Position numbers and translations under genes: made by a program. A model generated the notes under the pieces. The model worked only from the letters and a program-made list of their open reading frames with translations, searched no databases and was not told where the DNA came from. This document shows, one piece after another, positions 57,477-64,000 of a stretch of DNA of 64,000 nt. The DNA comes from Paraspadella gotoi (Eukaryota > Animalia > Chaetognatha), in contig JBJCIZ010000240.1 in NCBI GenBank assembly GCA_051294375.1, positions 3,242 to 67,241 of the forward strand, written 5' to 3'. How positions within the stretch are numbered: position 1 is the stretch's first letter; each line of letters starts with the position of its first letter.

Positions 57477-59054
57477 TGTATAATTGTTTCTTTTCTTTTT
57501 AATTAACAAACACTGACAAAGAAGTCAAAGCTGTTCCATTTCATAACATCGAACATGCCCGACCCTTTACGACTTCTCCCCTGTCCCTCCAAAACACTAT
57601 TTCCCTTTCGCNNNNNNNNNNCGCAATTAATTCCCGCCAAAACCGACTTTTTTCCTTCCGCCATCTTTGTTTACTCTTTTTTTTTCTCCTCCAATCAAAA
57701 ACGTAAACATTTCGAGTTGGAATAAATCATTTCCGGTTTTTTGCGTCTCGATTCGTCGTCGCGAAGTCGAACGAGATCCGAGATGACGACGACGCCGCCG
57801 CCGCCNNNNNNNNNNNNNNNNNNNNNNNNNCACCCCGGCCGCCGCCCACCCCGCCGCTCGCTCCACGCCAGCTGCCGTCCCCACGCGTCCCACGCTCGCC
57901 GAACCCGTATGCCTCTTTCAAAACCAACGCACTCCGCTTCCATCATTTATATTACATTTCTCCACATTTTATCTACATCGCGTACCTCGATCCTCATCCT
58001 CCTCTTCCCCTCCCTCTCACCGAGGATTCCGTTCCCTTTTTCAGTCCACTCTCTCCGCGGGTTTCTCAGTTCTTACTAACTCCCTTCTTTTCTTCAAGAT
58101 ACTATTCCGCCCAGGGACTTTCCCTCAATAAACATTACCGCTTGCGATAATAAGTCGTTCTTCCAGTGATGCGCCCAAATTTTGGTTGCTCGAACATATT
58201 GAAACCACGAATAAAACCCCTAGGAGTTCTTCTTACCGGACTGATAAAAAAAACCGAGCTGTAAAGAAAAAATGCCGATCGTCATATCTCTAACAAAAAG
58301 GATTGTAAAAATGAAGCAAAAAAGAGAAATAAATATTCTAAACTATTTCGTCGACTTTTTTTTTATTCAAAAAAAAATAAAATAAACTATTCCGTAAGAT
58401 CCTCTTCATTTTTTGATTTTCCCTTCTAACCTGAATGGATTTTACAAATTCGCGAATTGTTCTTAGACTGCTCGCGCATAACAAAATTAAGGAAAACTAC
58501 AAGCCATCATCTTTTTTTTTATAATCACGCCGCCGTCGCACAATCTCTCTCTTGCACCACCATCTCCTTTTCCTTTCCCCCGTTAATCTTCAACCATCGA
58601 CGCAGAAAAAGACTTTCGTCAATAAATCTTGTTTTTTCCTTTTTCTCGAGAGCGGAGGAATTTTGGAAAAGGAAGGGTGAATGCCCTTTAGAAAGCGAGA
58701 AGAGAGAATGACTCATTTATGGAAGAATGTCGGAATTAATTCATTTAATAAGTAAACTCTGGTCGGTTAATGCCTCCACCCCTACTACAAGATAATAACA
58801 TTGCATGACCCTGCTAGTTAGTCGACTCTGAGAGCACCTGGCTTTCCGTTCAATGATAGTTTTATGTTCAGTTACAGTTAAGAGATTAATTTATTTAAAT
58901 TCAATTTGATCTAGTTTATATTTTTAATTTTTTAATCGTTTTATTTTGTTCATACTTTATCACAACTTTTTTGTTCAACGGTTCACATCTCCTGAGTTGC
59001 ATTTCATCGTTCGCTTCTCAACATGGAAGCTTTATTATTTATACTTAAAAGTTC

Positions 59055-59282
59055 TCTGCATTCGCATCTACTCGATCGCTTTTCCACATTCTCATCTTCT
59101 TGTTCGTATCTCATCGTTCGCATCCCCTCGTTCCTTTCTCCTCGTTTGCATCTCCTCTTTCCTCATTGTTCGCATCTCCTACGTAGATCGAAGCTCCTCG
59201 TTTAAATCTCCTTGTTCGCATCTCCTCGTTCGCATCTCCTCGTTCGCTTCTCCTCGTTCGTTTCTACTCGTTCGCATCTCTC
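59055..59282. repeat. 14-bp degenerate minisatellite (TCGTTCGCATCTCC)n
   Basis: Repeated GTTCGCATCTCCTC units, cleanest at ~59212-59281. Confidence 0.88.
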
Positions 59283-59979
59283 CCGTCTAAAATGAAGGTT
59301 GAATGAAGCGGTGGTCGTTTAAAAGGATTCGATCCTGAGATGAGATGGAAGTCGTAAATCTGGACATGAAGTTTNNNNNNNNNNNNNNNNNNNNNNNNNN
59401 NNNNNNNNNNNNNNNNNNNNNNNNNNNNNNNNNNNNNNNNNNNNNNNNNNNNNNNNNNNNNNNNNNNNNNNNNNNNNNNNNNNNNNNNNNNNNNNNNNNN
59501 NNNNNNNNNNNNNNNNNNNNNNNNNNNNNNNNNNNNNNNNNNNNNNNNNNNNNNNNNNNNNNNNNNNNNNNNNNNNNNNNNNNNNNNNNNNNNNNNNNNN
59601 NNNCTCTCCCACTGAACGTTAAAAGTCAAAAATGGGTTTGACCTTTGCAGAAATTAAAAGAGTTTTGTATAATTTCTCCTCTACAAGAGAATCTGTAACT
59701 TCGTTTTTTTTTTCTGAACCCGACCCCCCCTCCAAAAAAAATATATTTTTCTTTCGCTAATGACAGAATCGCTTATACCGATTTTACGTGATTTATGCGA
59801 ATAACATGGAGTTCTCGGACGTAAGCACAGTATAATTATATATGTTATTCAAAGTCACAGTTTATTTAGCAATGGCACTAGTTTTAAAATTAGTTAAACG
59901 GTCAATGCGGTAATAAAACCGCGAAATAAATTTCGGCCGAAGATCAAAGAGATTAACCTAGAAACCGCGGGTCACAAAC

Positions 59980-60128
59980 AACGACGACGACGACGACGAC
60001 GACGACGACAGCAAATAAGGCCTTGAAGACGTCAAGAAATATTCGGTCAAGACGACGACGAAGCGAGAAACGACGACGACGACGACGACGACGAAGTGGA
60101 CAATGACGACGACGTTTACAACGATGAC
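59980..60128. repeat. (GAC)n microsatellite cluster
   Basis: ACG/GAC runs at ~59980-60009 and ~60070-60093. Confidence 0.93.
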
Positions 60129-60670
60129 CTCAGAAAATAGACAGAAAAAGGGCAAAACCCTCCTGCCTTTAAAAGGTCAGTTTCTCTTCAAAAGGTCAGC
60201 TTTCTCTTCAAAATCCAGCGGGAGGTGAGTTTCAGTTTTTGACGAATCGATTCCCATTTCTGTCTGACGAAAAAAGACGTGGAAAGGGTCGATTTCGNNN
60301 NNNNNNNNNNNNNNNNNNNNNNNNNNNNNNNNNNNNNNNNNNNNNNNNNNNNNNNNNNNNNNNNNNNNNNNNNNNNNNNNNNNNNNNNNNNNNNNNNNNN
60401 NNNNNNNNNNNNNNNNNNNNNNNNNNNNNNNNNNNNNNNNNNNNNNNNNNNNNNNNNNNNNNNNNNNNNNNNNNNNNNNNNNNNNNNNNNNNNNNNNNNN
60501 NNNNNNNNNNNNNNNNNNNNNNNNNNNNNNCGGCTCACGTCACATTCCCCCGATCGGCTCGCGTCACCTCAGCGAATCCTCACGAACCGGAAACGCCCTA
60601 AATCAACGAAGGAACGACGTTGAATTATTCCCTTTCGGCGCATTTCTTTGTTTAGCGGGAAAATCCGCTT

Positions 60671-60710
<40 letters not shown>
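60671..60710. repeat. (CCG)n trinucleotide repeat
   Basis: About 13 perfect CCG units, flanked on both sides by TCCGCTTCC. Confidence 0.95.
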
Positions 60711-62113
60711 TGCCAGCTCCGCTTCCTACGCGTGAGGCCGACTTCGACGCCCAGTTGTGCCGAAACGTCTCACGCATTTCATGCATTTCAAATCTGAGAC
60801 GTCGTCGGTTTTGCGGAGGGATGGCAGCGCACCCTCTTGTGGTTTGAGGCCCTCAAACTCGTTTTCCCCANNNNNNNNNNNNNNNNNNNNNNNNNNNNNN
60901 NNNNNNNNNNNNNNNNNNNNNNNNNNNNNNNNNNNNNNNNNNNNNNNNNNNNNNNNNNNNNNNNNNNNNNNNNNNNNNNNNNNNNNNNNNNNNNNNNNNN
61001 NNNNNNNNNNNNNNNNNNNNNNNNNNNNNNNNNNNNNNNNNNNNNNNNNNNNNNNNNNNNNNNNNNNNNNNNNNNNNNNNNNNNNNNNNNNNNNNNNNNN
61101 NNNNNNNNNNNNNNNNNNNNNNNNNNNNNNNNNNNNNNNNNNNNNNNNNNNNNNNNNNNNNNNNNNNNNNNNNNNNNNNNNNNNNNNNNNNNNNNNNNNN
61201 NNNNNNNNNNNNNNNNNNNNNNNNNNNNNNNNNNNNNNNNNNNNNNNNNNNNNNNNNNNNNNNNNNNNNNNNNNNNNNNNNNNNNNNNNNNNNNNNNNNN
61301 NNNNNNNNNNNNNNNNNNNNNNNNNNNNNNNGAGAGAGAGAGAGAGTCAGTGCAATTTTCACCGAGAAATATTTCCTCTTCTTCTTTGGATATAAACTAG
61401 AAAATTCCATCTCGTTTCTGACTTTCGGTTCCATCGACGGCGTCTTTTTTGATGGCATCGATGGCATCGACGCCCGCTGGCGCCACTCACGCGGGAACCA
61501 CTCACGCCGGCGCCTCTCACTGCGCGGCGTCCTTTTCAATCGACGGCGCCATTGACGTCAACATAGTTCGCGCCCTCCTCCGGCGAGAAAAAAAAAAGTG
61601 AGCGAAAGAGAAATTATTTTTTTTCATAAAAATGCGAACTTCTTTCTCTTTGGACGGCGTCGTGGCGCCAAGTCAATGAGAGGCGGCGCCGCAGCGCCGC
61701 TCAACGGAGAATGGCGCCTCCGTTCGCGTCGCCTCCTGCCAATCGCAGGCACGCGCGTTATTAATTCGACAACGAGTGGTTGCAACGTCAAATGCCTGGC
61801 GCTTGACGAGGTCTCGCATAACAAAGAGAGAGAGCGAGAGAGAAAGAGAGAGAGAGAGAGAAATAAGGGGAGACAGATCAGACAGACAGACACAGAGACA
61901 AAATGACAGTTTGCGCAGACAAAGAGTAAGGAAGAGAAGTATGTTATATATTTATGACTTCATAAAGAATTCTCCGCCACACATAAATGAGACCAATTTT
62001 ATTGACTCTGTGTGGAAAATGAATTTCATTATCAACGACTGACAATTTTTCTTTTTCCTTCTCTATCAATAATAAATGTGACTTCGAGGTCGATGACCCA
62101 GAGTTGACCAACG

Positions 62114-62115
<2 letters not shown>

Positions 62116-62153
<38 letters not shown>

Positions 62154-62156
62154 TCA
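62116..62156. repeat. (GTC)n microsatellite
   Basis: Perfect CGT/GTC run. Confidence 0.95.
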
Positions 62157-63540
62157 TTTCCCAGAAATGAAGTTCGTTCGCTCGTTAGAGTATTGGAATT
62201 CCCAGCAGCGGAACAGAATGGAAAGAAAAAGTTGAATTTTGAAATCGGTTGGAGAAGCGGAAACAAAAAACATAAAACATAAACTGAAATGAGCAGCGAA
62301 ATATTAATTAAAAAAATGAGGAAAACCGAAAAAAACTTGAGTAGCGAAACTCGAAAAGCGAATTCTCCCCCAGACAAAAGCGAATTCCGCTTCTCATCTT
62401 CGGCCAGACAACGGCGACTCAACGATCACCGGCGTTGCCATGACGACCGGGCGCCGACGGAAACTCGCGTCGTAAACAACGTCGACCGTCGACGCCAAAG
62501 GATTTATGACTCAATGGCGTCAGTTACGCTGCCCCTTTCAGTTTGATGTAGCGAGTCTAGATTATTTACACTTTCGTTGCCACTGGATACAACATTTCTC
62601 GATAATTTATGCGCTCTCTTTTTCTTTAGTCAATTTAATGTACAACATTTGTTTTCTTTATATCGTTTTTTTCCTGCCATTTCTGGTATCATTCGCTGTC
62701 TCTAGTAGACTATTGTTCGACTCCTTTCGGCTCTACTATCTATTTTCCTATTTGTTTATCTTTCCATTCTGCATCCCTTCCTTTCCTTTTTCCCTTGTCT
62801 CCTTTCCTTTTTCCCTTTTATTTACCTTTCTTTTCTTCCTCCCTTCCTTTCATTTTTTCCTTATCTCCTTTCCTTTTCCCCCTTTTATTTACCTTTCCTT
62901 TCTTCCTCTCTTCCTTTCTTTTTTCCCTTATCTCCTTCGTTTCACTTTTAAGATACGAAACCGCATCGAAAATCATTTATTCAAGCTCCGAGACATCGCT
63001 GACCTAGATTTTCCACGCGATCTGGTTAGTTTAACATTTGTTCTCTGCTTTGTGGTTCGAGTTTGAATCAACGTTTACAATTTTATGCAGGAAAACAAAG
63101 TATTGTCTTTAAAAAGTAAAATGGAAAAGAATAAAAAGATGAATGAATTATTTTTTAGCTAAATGTTACACTCCAAAGTTTTCAACTTAACCTTTTTGGA
63201 CCCCTGAGCAACTATTTATTTCACTTTAAAATTTAAAAATAATTTCTTGTCTCGAGTTTCTTGACAACTTTTCCCAAAAACTTTTCTCATCGCAATTAGG
63301 ACTTTTCCTCATCGTTTTCCACTTCATTCCCTTAATTTCCACTCCTTTTCCTCTCCTTTTTCAAATTTTCCGTCTTTTCCAGGTTTTTTTCACATTGAAC
63401 CTCGACTTTTTTTTCTCTCTCTCTTCACTTGTTACTTCCTGTTCTTCATTTGTCATCGGCGACGGAAAAAAAAGAGAGACACGCCGGAAAAATTTTTGGA
63501 CGACGTCAACCGCAGACTGTAGAGAGGGCGGGTGGAGAAG

Positions 63541-63698
63541 AAGGGCGTGGGTAGGGAGGCAGGGCATGGGATAGGGCTAGGACATGGAGAGGTAGGGCAT
63601 GGGATGGAGAGAAGAGCATGGGATGGAGTCAGGAAAAGAGATGGACGCAGGGCATGGAATGTGAGGCGGGGCAATCGATGGAGGCAGGGCATGGGAAG
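63541..63698. repeat. Degenerate AGGGCATGGG repeat running into a gap
   Basis: About seven variants of AGGGCATGG(GA) at irregular spacing. Confidence 0.75.
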
Positions 63699-64000
63699 NN
63701 NNNNNNNNNNNNNNNNNNNNNNNNNNNNNNNNNNNNNNNNNNNNNNNNNNNNNNNNNNNNNNNNNNNNNNNNNNNNNNNNNNNNNNNNNNNNNNNNNNNN
63801 NNNNNNNNNNNNNNNNNNNNNNNNNNNNNNNNNNNNNNNNNNNNNNNNNNNNNNNNNNNNNNNNNNNNNNNNNNNNNNNNNNNNNNNNNNAGAATAGATA
63901 TTTAGGATGTAAGTGTGTTCGATGTGATGTTGATGGAGGGTCTTGATGAGATGAGAGGGTGTTACGAGCGTCGCGGGTGCGATGGGTTCCGAGGGCCAGA

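Noticed and set aside
59264-63905. ORFs containing long X runs
   Set aside because: They are open only because they span N gaps (59375-59602, 60298-60530, 60871-61331, 63699-63890).

Overview
Eukaryotic, probably animal, genomic scaffold rich in microsatellites, with no recognisable protein-coding gene, RNA gene or CRISPR array. The ORF track mostly reflects low-complexity sequence or N-runs. Much of 1-57 kb looks like uncorrected long-read sequence pasted into scaffold gaps. It has eight gaps of exactly 25 N. One locus of a few kb recurs in several indel-riddled copies across 1.7-19.4 kb, and a second locus recurs in direct and inverted copies across 20.6-24.4 kb. A 32.6 kb almost pure A/G tract (24.4-57.1 kb) is most likely junk basecalls. 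Four signals are probably real: a 70-bp tandem satellite of about 27-28 copies (3.4-5.4 kb), a Helentron/DINE-1-like non-autonomous element (6.33-7.20 kb), an Asp-codon-rich tract with a codon-phased higher-order repeat on the minus strand (0.96-1.57 kb), and small motif clusters in the cleaner 57-64 kb segment. I cannot support a novel biological system from this sequence. The candidates below are speculative and need accurate reads first.
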